Shown: positions 33,670 to 49,667 of the stretch, piece after piece
How positions within the stretch are numbered: the first letter of the stretch is position 1
Layout: the number at the start of each line of letters is the position of its first letter
From: the human T2T-CHM13v2.0 reference genome, Homo sapiens
Assembly: GCF_009914755.1 (NCBI RefSeq)
Contig: NC_060939.1
Direction: 5' to 3' (one strand)
DNA: 64,000 nucleotides
The notes under the pieces: generated by a model
What the model was told of the DNA's origin: nothing
Seen by the model: only the letters and a program-made list of their open reading frames with translations
Databases searched by the model: none
Made by a program: the position numbers and the translations under genes

Positions 33670-34785
33670 AACATTTTTAAATTTTGAAATAATTTTAGAT
33701 TTACAGAATGATGTACACATATTCAAACGAGTTTCATAAATCCTTCAGCCAACTAGAATGTTAACATTTCTATAACTGTAGTTTATTCATGAAAACTAGG
33801 AAATGGACCATGTTACAATATTATTAACTGCAGTAGAGACGTTCTTCATATCATTGGGTTTCCTAATAATGACTTTTTTCTGTACCTAAATGTAATCCAG
33901 GATACCAAATTACATTTGTTGTCAGGTTAATACTTCTAGTTTCTGCAAAACAAATTAACATACGGATTAGCGGCTCCAAGCCACACACACATTAATCACA
34001 GTTTCTCTGGGTCAAGAATTCAACTGGAAATAATGACCAAGGCCGAAGTCTTAACTGAAGGATCAGTGGGGGAAGAAACCACTTTCAAAGTCATGTGATT
34101 GTTGTTAGGATTCACATCTCTCCCCTCACTGGGATGATTTCTCTGATAAATTATTGTAAATCATAAATAACATCAATCTATCACAAATTGTTCCAAAAAA
34201 TAAAATAACCACAACACCAGTAATAAAAACAGTGGAGAAGAAATCACTCTACAACAGTTACTATGAGTTAGTTTATGCTGGTAAGAAAACAAGGCAAGGG
34301 CATTTCAAAAAAGGAAAAATGAAGACTAATATGCGATAAAAACACAGAAAAAATCCCCAAGAAACACTAGCAAAACAAATTAGAAATGTGTAAAAATTAT
34401 TATACCATATGACCCAGGGTATTTTTCTCAGAAATGCAAATTTGGTTCAATACACAAAAACCATTAGTGCCATGCAATACATTAATAGAATGAACAGAAA
34501 ACACATTTGTAGTACAAGAATAGGTATATGTAGGAAACAAATGTCTAAAACAAAACAAAAAAAGAATTAAAAACAGAAAAAACCAAGTAAATTAAAAAAT
34601 AGGCATATAGCTCGATGGGATAAAACTGAATGTCTAAAAGTTAACTCTTACCTTTATGATCTCATGATTTTATAAGAATGTCAAGTTAATTCAGTATGGA
34701 AACTTTTTGATCAAGTGTTGCTGGGTCAAGGGGATATCTATGTTTGAGTTGAACTACTCTTTAAACTGATAAACACACATACACA
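33670..34785 (+). mobile_element. Start of another unit copy (L1M fragment, MLT1-like piece, L1M ORF2)
   Basis: 33860-34125 matches 10775-11030 and 23590-23770. Confidence 0.7.
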
Positions 34786-35595
34786 AAACAGGAAAAGTTG
34801 CCTTGTCCCCTTCACAGGGCCTGTGGTGTGGGTGTGGCTCACTTCTTCAGTGCCCCCCCTGCTCAAACCTCTAGGAGAGCATACAGTCGGGCAGGTTGTG
34901 GGGCTTGAACCCCACGGCAGTGTCTAGGGATGAATGTTTAAAGGTGAAGCCCCAGTGGACGTGTGTTACAGGGTGCTCTTTTAGTTTGGACGTCCATAGG
35001 TGGCTTGTGTATTTAGCTCAGTTAGATCCTCACCTTATCACTAGGACAGAGGGGTTTCTGTATCCTGAGGTTCTTGCCTTGGTGTACCGGAAGAATCAGA
35101 TCACACGTAGGACTGGAGAATGAGTGCAAAATTTTATTGAGTGGAAGTAGCTCTCAGCAGATGGGGGAACCAGAAGGGAGATGATTTTCCCCTGGAGTTG
35201 GGCTGCTTGGCAGCCTGGGCTCTCCTCTAACTGCCCCAGCCAAACTTCGTGTCATTCTGCCGGTCTGTGACTGGCCAGCATGCCAGTGCCTGTTGGTGTA
35301 TTACTCTTGATGTCCAGCCACCCGTGTGTTCCTCCACTGACTAGCTGCCTGTGCCTCGGCCTACTAGGGTCTCAGGGTTTTTATAGGCACAGGATGGGGG
35401 TGTGGCAGGCCAGGATTGTCTTGGGAAATGCAACAGTTGGGCAGGAAAACAAAAATGCCTATTCTAACCTAGGTTCATGGGCACAGGCCCAGGGGTGGAG
35501 CCCTAGCCTGGGACCACGCCCTTCCACCATTTTGTATCATTTAAAGGGACCACACCATTCTCTTCCCAGCACTTCCCTTCCCCTCTTCCATATCA
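34786..35595 (-). mobile_element. LTR1/LTR28-like ERV1 LTR
   Basis: Minus strand starts TGATATGGAAG...GGAAGTGCTGGGAAGAG..GTGGTCCCTTTAAATGATAC. Confidence 0.7.
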
Positions 35596-35599
35596 TATG

Positions 35600-38500
35600 T
35601 GCTTTTATTATGTATATATATTGTTCACAGGAATATACTTTACTCCTTGAAATTGTGGAAAGCCTTAAATCGCTCAAAAGAAAAGTTTTCTTGGCTCTGA
35701 AAAACAAAAAAGATCAGCGATGTTTTTTCTAAAATTATTATTATACTTTAAGTTCTAGGGTACATGTGCATAACGTGCAGGTTTGTTACATATGTATACA
35801 TGTGCCATGTTGGTGTGCTGTGCCCATTAAATTGTCATTTACATTAAGTATATCTCCTAATGCTATCCCCCGCCCCCCCGCCTCCCACCTCACAATAGGC
35901 CCCGGTGTGTGATGTTCCCCTTCCTGTGTCCAAGTGTTCTCATTGTTCAGTTCCCACCTATGAGTGAGAACATGTGGTGTTTGGTTTTTTGTCCTTGAGA
36001 CAGTTTGCTGAGAATGATGGTTTCCAGCTTCATCCATGTCCCTATAAAGGACATGAACTCATCCTTTTTTATGGCTGTATAGTATTCCATGGTGTATATG
36101 TGCCACATTTTCTTAATCCAGTCTATCATTGTTGGACATTTGGGTTGGTTCCAAGTCTTTGCTATTGTGAATAGTGCCGCAATAAACATACGTGTGCATG
36201 TGTCTTTATAGCAGCATGATTTATAATCCTTTGGGTATATACCCAGTAATGGGATGGCTGAGTCAAATGGTATTTCTAGTTCTAGATTCTTGAGGAATCG
36301 CCACACTGTCTTCCACAATGGTTGAACTAGTGTACAGTCCCACCAACAGTGTAAAAGTTTTCCTATTTCTCCACATCCTCTCCAGCACCTGGTGTTTCCT
36401 GACTTTTTAATGATCACCATTCTAACTGGTGTGAGATGGTATCTCACTGTGGTTTTGATTTGCATTTCTCTGACGGCCAGTGATGATGAGCATTTTTTCA
36501 TGTGTCTTTTGGCTGCATAAATGTCTTCTTTTGAGAAGTTTCTGTTCATTTCCTTCACCCACTTTTTGATGGGGCTGTTTTTTTCTTTAATTTTGTTTGG
36601 GTTCTTTGTAGATTCTGGATATTAGCCCATTGTCAGATAAGTAGATTGCAAAAATTGTCTCCCATTCTGTAGGTTGCCTGTTCACTCTGATGGTAGTTTC
36701 TTTTGCTGTGCAGAAGCTCTTTAGTTTAATTAGATCCCATTTGTCAATTTTGGCTTTTGTTGCCATTGCTTTTGGTGTTTTAGGCATGAAGTCTTTGCCC
36801 ATGCCTATGTCCTGAATGGTATTGCCTAGGTTTTCTTCTAGGGTTTTTATGGTTTTAGGTCTAACATTTAAGTCTTTAATCCATCTTGAATTAATTTTTG
36901 TATAATGTGTAAGGAAGGGATCCAGTTTCAGCTTTCTACATATCATGATTGAACTCCCATTCACAATTGCTTCAAAGATCAGCAATGTTTTAAACAAAAA
37001 TTTAAAAAAGATTACTTCAGACTTCTATTAGTTTAGTCCATGCAGTTAACTCCTGTTTTGCTTGATATTCATGAACATTTCAGCTCTCCGTGAGAGTCCT
37101 GAAAGGATTTTTTTCCTTTATTCTAATGTCACAATCTCCAAAGTTATCAGAAACCTGCACTAAAGAACACCTATGAAAGTTCTGGAACCAATCATAAACT
37201 ACATTTGAAGAGGATTAAAACAAGACAACAATTGTCTGAGAATAACAAAAAGTTTTAGGACAGCCACAGTTAAAGGCACAATTGACGGAAATTTGTTACT
37301 TCTGTGGCACACAACAATTTTACATAACAATTCTGACTATTAATAATGTGCCCTAAGTTGTATCAGAATTCCATAACTTTGGAACACATATCAGTAACAT
37401 ATTTATACAAATACAGCCCAAGGAAAACCAAAAACCATGTCATATTTGACAATGCTTCCTCTTTGATTTTTATACGAAAGAAGCCAATGTCATTTTTGGA
37501 CTTTAGAAGGCATAGTATGTTAAAGATTAATTAGGTCAGAAAAAGATAATTTACAATTTAATTTTTGGAGGTTTGTCAGATATCAAAACTTTGAATCACT
37601 TGATATCACAAAATAAATGTGAGTTTACCATAGGTCATTCATTTAAACAAAATAATAACTCAAAAATTTTATAAACGCAAAAACCTCTACCCTATTAAGA
37701 GGGAGACTTAGCTTTCCAATTTGTCTCTTTTCTTTCTCTTCTTTTTCCTACAGTTTATTCAAAAGGAAAATGAAAATCTTTCATTATCTTTTAATATTAA
37801 AAAATTCTTGTTCCACAGAGAAAGCCAAATCTCACCTTTGCATTAGTGTATTAGTAATGTTAAAGTCAATTATTAATAAAACCTTGTAGACAAATTTATT
37901 CAATTTTAATCAGTTTGACCATAAGGTAAGAAGTCTTTTATAATCCTTTACAATTTTTTTGCCAAAGAGAAGGTTGATGCTCCAAGGAAACTCTCTTGTT
38001 CTTTTATTCCAATGTTCAATTTATGGAAAAACTGAATAATACCCCTTTAACTTTCCCCAATATGTTTACACACAGAACCTATTTTATAATTAGTTGTTCA
38101 CAAACCTTCCACAACTTGTTCAAACCGTCAGAGTTTTCCTATTTTACTTAAAACAATCCTTTAGCCCTCTGTAGTTAGGCAAGAAATCTACATTCCCATG
38201 CCTTCTTATAATCTTTTACCAAAAGGACATTCTACACACAGTTGTGTGTAAAGCTGTTTCTTCAGTAGTTTCAATTGCATCATTAACTCTTAGCAACTTT
38301 TACTTTTGGTGAAAAACCTGGGTATTAAGCAATTTTACTTATGTACCAGGTGTGGAGCCTAGGAAACCAGAGTGCAGATAGGTCTGACTCTTTCCAGCAT
38401 AGCTAGGGTCATGGCTAACTCCACATGACCCCAGGCCTTAACTAGCCATAAAGTAGTTAAGTTGTGCAGTTGAGAGTCACACTGGCATTTTATGAAGCAT

Positions 38501-41002
38501 TTATGAGGCCTGGTAACCTTTAAATTGTACATTTCTTTCATAAATTCTGTTTCACAAATTCTTCCATGAAATACACAAACCATCTACAACTTGTTTGTAC
38601 CTTTTGACTTGTCCTAAATATCCCTCTATTTAAACAACCAGTATTTTACTTTAGGACAAGAATTTACCATACAGGATCCTTTCTTATATAAAATTTCTTT
38701 TCTTTAAAACTGTCTTTACCAAAAATACCTTTTTACCTTTATAACTTTTGAATTAGACAAAAGTCATTTTCCTCCCATTAGAAAGTTAAGATTTGTACTG
38801 CCTATTACTGTGTGTGTCCTGTGAAGGGGGAGCAGATAAAGAGGCTATCTGCATACTGTAGAAGTTATCCCCTCTCAAGAGATTGCTCAGTTATATTTTT
38901 GCCAGGGCTTGTCTGAATAAGTGTGGGCTACTTCTGGACCCCTGATGTAGCACTGTTTAGGTTATAGATTTGGTTAATGATTTAGGTGGAGACAAATAGG
39001 CTATTAGAAAGAGGAGTTCAGAGGTTGGATAAATATTAAATTAGTACAGATCTTAGAAAGTATATTTTTTCCCAAAGAGTTGTTGGGTATTTAGACATTA
39101 CCAGGGACTGGTGGGAGAATGGTAATTGGTCCCTTAAGTAATATAAAGAGGTGTGAAACTTTTCTTTTGGAGGGAGGGGATGCCATTTGCCTTGTTCTCC
39201 TTAGCCCTGTCCTCCTTATTCTCCTCTTAGTTATAAAAGACTGAAGAGGCTAATCTGAGGACCTCTGCACAGGGTCATTGGGTTCCAATGCTGACTTTTA
39301 TAATTTTCCTCTTAGTTCATTTTTAAGCCAGCTGAAGGTTTGGGGAAATTAAACTATTCCCAGGTTTGGGGGATGCATCCAAGAAGCATGTCCTGTCGTA
39401 TAGAGATGTGATAACCCATCTGTGAAGAGATAGCAGAGGAGAAAGAGGAAAAAGAAGATCCCTTTCTTTCTATTATCATGAATGGGGCATCCCCCATGGT
39501 CCTGGGTTCCAGAATGAACCAGTCTTACTGTGTACCAATGGTCCCATCTCAACACAATTACCCACTTGAAAACAGAGGAGATGCTGGAGTGAACAGTAGT
39601 GGGCCCCTGTTAATCTTTGGGGTTCCGGAATGAACTGGTCTTTAACATGTACCACCTGAGCCTCTCATCTCTGTTCCAGTGGTAATCTGTTGGCCTGTGA
39701 CCACCCTTTGTCTCTGTCCTATGGGTCTCTTGCATCTGTGGCCTCTGGCTGACCTTGTCTCCATGACCTTATAGCAACTCTCACTCAGAGTATTTTAACA
39801 ATAAAATGAGTAACTCTTTTCTCAGAAGCGTGTTTTTCAGCTGCCACAGAGACTTGAGTTTCCTCCCTGCTCCCTTAGAATATGTCTTTAAAGGTCTTGA
39901 TGCATGTTGAGAAGGGCATGGAAGTAATTAGAGAAATGAAGCCTAGAGGAGGAAGTGGAAGGAAGTGAGAGGAAAAAGAACCATCTGACTCCTACATCTG
40001 GAAAGCCTTCACATGCTCACGTAAATAACAGTCCTTGGATTCAAGACAGCAATGTTTATTCACACTCTGGACATAAAGCAGTATGCTCCAGAAGACTTAG
40101 GGCTTCGGGTAAGAACTCACAAGCAGCAAAGGGAGAATTTTTTCTCCTCCCAAAATAGTAGTGCTATCTCAAAAAAGCAAGCGGGTGGGATTCTTAAAGG
40201 GCCAGAATGAAGCCCTATGCAGGCAAACTGCTTTTAAAAGCCATCAGAAACTTGGCCCCGTGGTGGCATACGGGAATTGAAAAGCACGTGGTAAGTTATA
40301 AGATGCCAGCAGAGCCAGAGTTCCAATTAGAGTCTGTCCTGGCCATGTGCCAGCATGCAGGGGAAGGATTGAAGGTCACCTGAGCTGGTTAAAACAAATA
40401 TAAACCTCAGGGGATATCCACCAGGGAGCCTGTGTCTTTGCTGCCATACAATGTAGAGAGCCGCAGGGTGTGAATAACAGGGAGTGTGTGTTTAGAAGTC
40501 CCGTGGCATGCAAAGTAAAAACAAAGAGGCAGACTTGCTCCTAAGGCAGAAGGTCCAGGGTGTGCGCTAGCCCATTGCAGAACACACAGAGAAAACCAGA
40601 AAATGGGTGGTGCAGGTTTTTGGAAAAGAGCCGATTGTAGTTTAATAAAGGCAAAGGAAACCCCAGACGTTGCGTGATTTTTAGGCCTTAGCCTCACCAA
40701 TCTCATGAGCCTCCTGTTTAGGATGGCCATTAGTGCTTCCGATCTGCTGGGTGTGGACCCTAAGGTCCTTCACACCCCCACAAGCCACTGGTCTGGGTAA
40801 GCTGAGAAATCAGCCTGGGGGAGCAGAGTCAACTATGGCCAAGAGGAATTGCTCTGCGTGTTGGTTTGTAAGCAGGAGAGAGAGAGGGAAAGGGAAGAAA
40901 AAAAACCATGCTCTGGGTCAGATGCCTCCAGCCAAAGAAGGTGAGGCACAGAGCTCTCTTAACACTAGGGAATGATCTGAGTGAGTCACAAGGCACCAAA
41001 TA
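35600..41002 (-). mobile_element. MER4/MER50-group ERV1 internal sequence with His-like PBS, interrupted by an L1
   Basis: AT-rich MER4-int-like sequence. Reverse complement of 40981-40998 is TGGTGCCTTGTGACTCAC, similar to the His PBS TGGTGCCGTGACTC. Confidence 0.7.
35727..36977 (-). mobile_element. 5'-truncated L1PA with short 5' inversion
   Basis: TSD AAAGATCAGC(G/A)ATGTTTT at 35709-35726 and 36974-36991; plus-sense L1 piece at 36942-36977. Confidence 0.93.
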
Positions 41003-41643
41003 CATTAGGGGTAGGTCTCCAAGTTACCAGTGGTGAATCCATGTGGGTCTACAGCAACCTCAATTCTTGCCTCCTCAGAATAAAGAATTCAACTGAGAGG
41101 TATAGGGCAGAAAAAGAGACAGAGGCAAGTTTCAGAGCAGGAGTGGAAGTTTTTTTTTTTTTTTTGGAAAACTTTAAAAACCTTTAGAGCAGGAAAGAAA
41201 GGAAAGTACACTTGGAAGAGACAAAGTGGGCAACTTGAAGGACAAGTACAGTGTCTTACCTTGATCATAGGACTTTATATGCTGGCCCACCTTCGGCGTC
41301 TTGCTCCCCTTTCCCATGATTCTTCCATTAGGGTGGGCTGTGGACCTGTACAGTGCCCTCCTCATGCTTGGGAAGTGAACATGCGGCAGTATGTTTAGGA
41401 AGTGTTTTTATCCATTTGGAAAGTTGTTTCTCCCCGGCACCTGCGTTCAATTAACACTTTAGTGTGACAGCTCTGGGCAATCAGGAGATTGTCTGTCCCT
41501 GGCACTGGCTGCCAAATTATCATTTTTAGAGAGGCAATGTGATAACTGCTAAGCAATCATCTGATGATCGCCTGCTATTCCTTGTGAGTTGGGGGAGACA
41601 GCCCTCTTCTACCCTGCTCATGCCTTCCTAACTACCTATAACA
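41003..41643 (-). mobile_element. MER50-related 5' LTR
   Basis: Minus strand starts TGTTATAGGTAGTTAGGAAGGCATGAGCAGGG; homologous to 45234-45934. Confidence 0.7.
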
Positions 41644-44175
<2,532 letters not shown>

Positions 44176-44400
44176 TGTATTAGTTAATGTTCTCCAAACA
44201 GAAGCAATAGAATAGGTAGGTAGGTAGGTAGATACATAGAGATTTACTTTATGGTATTTGATCGCATAAATATGGAGGCTGAGATCTTTCACAAAAGGCT
44301 CTCTAGAAGCAGGAAATGCAGGGATGCTGATAGTGCACCTAAGTGCAAGACTGCAATCCTCAGAACCATGGAAGGGCTTGGTGTAATGATGGAATCAGGC
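44176..44400 (-). mobile_element. MLT2 LTR, truncated
   Basis: TGTATTAGTTAATGTTCTCC..ACAGAAGCAATAG is the reverse complement of the MLT2 3' end. Confidence 0.75.
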
Positions 44401-44609
44401 CGAATGTCACTGGAAATTTTTTCAGTTGGATACTCTATTAATTTCCAATACCTGTGTCTGCAATTTTATGTGTGGTTGGTTGGTTGTTTTGTTGTTTAGC
44501 ATTTTCTATTATTTTGGGACTACTGGGTGCACCAGGCTAATTGTGCTTATTCCCTATTTAAGCCTTGTATTAATCATTTGTTCACAAAGTTCTAGATTTT
44601 TTTAAGTTA

Positions 44610-45086
<477 letters not shown>

Positions 45087-45233
45087 TTAAATTAAACAGG
45101 AATTTTTACTAATGTTTCCTGCTACACAGGATCTTATTTAGTACCACATTAATCTATCTATTCTTTACCACTTACTTGTATATAGCCTACTGCTCTAATA
45201 ATGAGCTAGTTGGTTCTGTTAATTTAATTATGC

Positions 45234-45934
45234 TGTTAGCAGTGGCACATTTATACAGGTCTGCAGCAACTTGGTTCTTGCCTCCTCAGAGGAAATAATT
45301 TGTCCTAGGGGCATGAAGCAGAGTGAGAGACAAAGGCAAGTTTTAGAACTGGATGAAAGTTTATTAAAAAGTTTTAGAGTAGGAGTGAAACGAAGTTAAG
45401 TACACTTGGAAGAGGGCCAAGTGGGTGATTTGAGAGATCCAAGTGCCTGGTTTGACCTTTTACTTGAGGTTTTATACATTAACAGGCTTCCAGGGTGTTG
45501 CATCTCTTCTCTTCTGATTCTTCCCATGGGGTGGGCTGTGCACATATGCAGTGGCCTGCCAGCACATGGGAGGGGCTGCGTGCGCAGTGTGTTTACTAAA
45601 GATGTGCACATGCTCACTTGAGGCATTTTTCCCTTACCAGTCAATGGTTCCTAGAGGAAGATCATACACCAAACACTGCCATTTTGCCTCTTAATGCACA
45701 TGGTTGAGTCCACTTTCCCACATGCTGAGATCTTACGGGGAAACGGCTGATCACCAGCTTCAGGTGTTTTCTATCTATGGGGAGACTGCTCCCCCAGTGC
45801 CAGTTGCCACCAATTATTATTTAGAGAGACAGTTTAACAATCGCCTGACCATCATCTGATGGTTGCCTGACATTCCTGGTGGAGGGGGAACTCACTTCTG
45901 CACTGCTCATGTCTGCTAACTATCTACTCTAACA
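45234..45934 (-). mobile_element. Solo MER50 LTR
   Basis: Minus strand starts TGTTAGAGTAGATAGTTAGCAGACATGAGCAG; AT(G/A)C TSD. Confidence 0.75.
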
Positions 45935-46121
45935 ATACCACTTGAAAATACAGGTTGAGTATTATTTATTCAAAATGCTTGGGACCATAAATGTTTAAGA
46001 TTTTTGATTTTTTGGGATTTTGGAATATTTTTATATACATGATGAGATATTTTATGGATGGGACACAAGTCCATACATGGATTCATTTATATTTTGTTTC
46101 ATTAATATTTAAATATCTTTT

Positions 46122-46155
46122 AAAAGTCTAGTCAAATGAAGCAGTGGAAATGGAA
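46122..46155 (-). pseudogene. Y3 RNA retropseudogene fragment (paralog of 955-985)
   Basis: AAAGTCTAGTCAAATGAAGCAGTGG; TSD CATTTATATTT at 46084 and 46160. Confidence 0.7.
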
Positions 46156-46637
46156 TAGGCATTTATATTTTAAATATGACTTATACACGTAGTCTCGGTA
46201 ATTTTACACAATATTTTAATAACTGTGCATGAAACAAAGCTTACATATATTGAGCCATCAGAAAGCAGAGGTGTCACTATCTTAAGAGGCCTCCCATGCA
46301 GACAATCTTTGGTTGTTTAGCATCACCATGGTCCTTGACTCTGAATTTATGTTACTGATAAGCAATTATTTTCTTACACTTATTTATACATAAGTGCTTA
46401 ACATTATAAAGAATGATATTCCTTTAATACAGTGAAATAGTTGCATGTTCAGGGTAACTAAGCAACAGAGTAGCATCCCTAGTATAAAGTCACATGCCCC
46501 CTAATGACATTTCAGACAAAGGTGGGCTGCAGATATGGTAGAGGTCTCATGAGAATATGATGGAGCTGAAAATTTTCTATCTTCTAGCTATGTACAAAGC
46601 ATTACTCATGTGTTTGTTTATTGTGGTGTTGCGAAAA

Positions 46638-47077
46638 TGAAGCCAGCCCAACTGTTCCATGGGACAAATATAATTTTTTTGAATAAACATAAATATTGAC
46701 CCACACTGGTCTTAAAACTTGAAACTTTTATCTGTCTTATCTGAACTTCTTCTTCAGGAAACTGACCCTCAGGCAAGGAACTGAAACTGACCAGTTCACT
46801 GCATCTAGACAATGAGATGCTAGATTCCTCATTGTCATTACGGCTTCCTTACCCCTTCTAATGCCTGTTTTCTTGCTGGTGGCTACCTTCCTTCTGAACT
46901 ACATAAACCCTCAATTTTAGTTGGTTGGAAGAGATGGATTTGAGGCTTATCTCCCATCTCTCTAGGTGATGTCACCTGAATATAAAGGCTTCTTCCCTGG
47001 CAAAATTTGTCTCAGTAATTAACTTTCTGTGTGGTGAGCAAAAGGACCTAGATTGAACCCCTGGTGTTTTGATAAGA
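46638..47077 (+). mobile_element. Solo ERV1 LTR, MER39-like, inside Tigger3
   Basis: TGAAGCCAGCCCAACTGTTCCAT...GGACCTAGATTGAACCCCTGGTGTTT. Confidence 0.6.
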
Positions 47078-48797
47078 AAAACAACCTTCTGTGCTGCCAG
47101 TTGTGTAAAAGTATAGCACATACAATTATGTACAGTACATAATACTTGATAATAGTAACAAACTATGTTACTGGTTTATGTTTTTACAATACTATATTAT
47201 TTTAGAATGAACTCCTTCTACTAATTAAAAAAAAGTTAATTGTAAAACAAGCTCAGATAAGTAGTTCAGGAGGTAACCAGAAGAAGGTATTGTTGTAGAA
47301 GAGGACAGATCCATGGCTGTATTTTTCCACTGAAGACCTTCCAGTAAAGGAAGGTAGAAGATAGTGATATTGATGGTCCCTACCATATGTAGGCCTAAGC
47401 TATTCTGAGGTTTTAGCAAAATGTTGGAAATTTAAAATTAAGAGAATTTAAAGTAGAAAAAAACTCATCAAATATGAATATAAAGAAATTTTTTTACATC
47501 TGTACAATGTGTTATTACAAAACAGTCAAAATGTTAAAAAACCAAGTTTTAAAGTTAAACAGCTACACTAAGATACATTTTTATAACTGAATATAGGGAA
47601 ATATTTTTATAATTTTATTTTAGTCTCAGTATACACTGTTTATGAAGTCTACATTCATGTACAGTAATATCCTAGCCTTCACATTCACTCACCACTTCCT
47701 CATTGACTCACCCAGTGAAACTTCCAGTCCTGCAAGCTCCGTTCATGATAAGTGCCCTAGACAGGTGACCAATTTTTTATCTTTTATACCACATTTTCAC
47801 TGTATCTTTTCTGTGTTGAGGTGTGTTTAGAATAACAGGTACGATTGTGTTACAATTGTGTGCAGTATTTAGTATAATAATATGTTATACAGATTTGTAG
47901 CTTAAGGGCAATAGGCTATATACTCTCCAGGTTTCTATGTGTACACTAGGATGTTCACATATGATGAAGCCACCTAACCCATTTCTCAGAACTCTCATTC
48001 ATTGAGCAATGCATGACTGTACCTTTACCATAAATAACAAATGATGGCATGTTTTCTGCCTCCTCCTGTGATGTTATGTTTTGATTTAAAGCTTACTATA
48101 CATCATATTTTATTTTAATAGGTGAGAAGAAAAATCAAACAGTTGAGGAACCAGGAAGCACATCCCATATGGATGAGGAGGCATTCTGCTGAATGGCATT
48201 TTAAATGTTGAAATTTTGATTTTTGAATTAGGAATGCCCATGCATATGTACATATATAGTGAGTTTAGAATTGGTAATGTTCCCATGAGAAAGAATTTTG
48301 CCAATTAAAGTGCAGTGCTTATGTACAAAACCTTTAAGACTCAGCATCTCCATTTATTTCCTGTTTCATAGGTCAGTCCCTCATTCCCCACTCCATTCAA
48401 TGAAGTTATGTCTTATAGTTATTATATAGTTGTATTTAATTTTTGCCTGCATTTCCTCCTGGGATACCCCTACCTACTGAATAAGGTTTTTAATTTGCAT
48501 ACTTTTATGCTCATTCTTAGTAATAATGTAAGTTAGAATTTGAAAATCAGTGTTATGTATCCGCACTTACAGTATCATACAGAATAATTTTACTGCCCAA
48601 AACAAATCCTCTGTACTTAAGATTTACTGGCATTTCCTCTCCTGATGCCATTGTAACCACTAAACTTTACTGCTTTACTATCTCTACATGTTTGCCTTTC
48701 CCAGAATATGATGTCAGATTTATCACAAGATAAATAGCCACATGAATATAAGTTGAAAAGACTTTAAAAAGTAATTACATATCAATATGACTTCTAA

Positions 48798-48976
<179 letters not shown>

Positions 48977-49667
48977 GATTTGCATTTTTTTATGAGAAAA
49001 AGCATTGAGCATCTTTTGATGTGCGTATTGTACATGACAATCACTTCTTTAGAGAAATAACTATTCAAATAGTTTACCTTTTTTGATTGGGATATGTGCC
49101 TTTTGATTTTTGAGTTGTTAAGATGCTTTTATATATTCTGCATAGGAGAAGCTTAATTAGCTACATGGCTTGCAATGATTTTCTTCAATATTTTGTGAGT
49201 CTTTTTACTTAATGGTATACTTTGAGTCACAAAACTGTTTAATTCAGAAAAATTTTAATGTATCTATTTTTTCTTCAGTTTCTGGTGCGTGTGCATTCAT
49301 ATCATAGAAACCATTGTTTAACCTGAAGCTGCATGTATTCCTATGTGACTTTCTATGGGTTAAGCCTATTTATTTCTTGTATTTAAGTTAATCATAATTT
49401 GAGTCATTAATATACATGTATGTGTGTCAGATTAAATAGTTCAACTCATAGAGATCCCCTTGACCCAACAACACTTGATCAAAAAGTTTCCATATTGCAT
49501 TAAATTGACATTCTTATAAAATCATGAGATCATAAAGTTGTAATTTTTAGACATTCAGCTTTATTCCATTGATCTATATACCTATCCTTTTTTATTGTTA
49601 CTTTATTCCTTTTTAAAATTTTTTTTAGCCATTTGTTTCCTACATATACCTATTTTTATACTAGTGC

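Larger units (their letters stand above)
45951..48248 (+). mobile_element. Tigger4 (Zombi) with nested Y3 copy and Tigger3 (46487-48019)
   Basis: TA|CAGGTTGAGTA TIR; the nested element has AAGTCAC...GCATGACTG ends with TA flanks. Confidence 0.8.

Noticed and set aside
48750-48782. About 30-nt similarity to 51750-51780 (AAGT.GAAAAGACTTTAAAA)
   Set aside because: Too short and AT-rich; could be a local micro-inversion of L1MC or chance.
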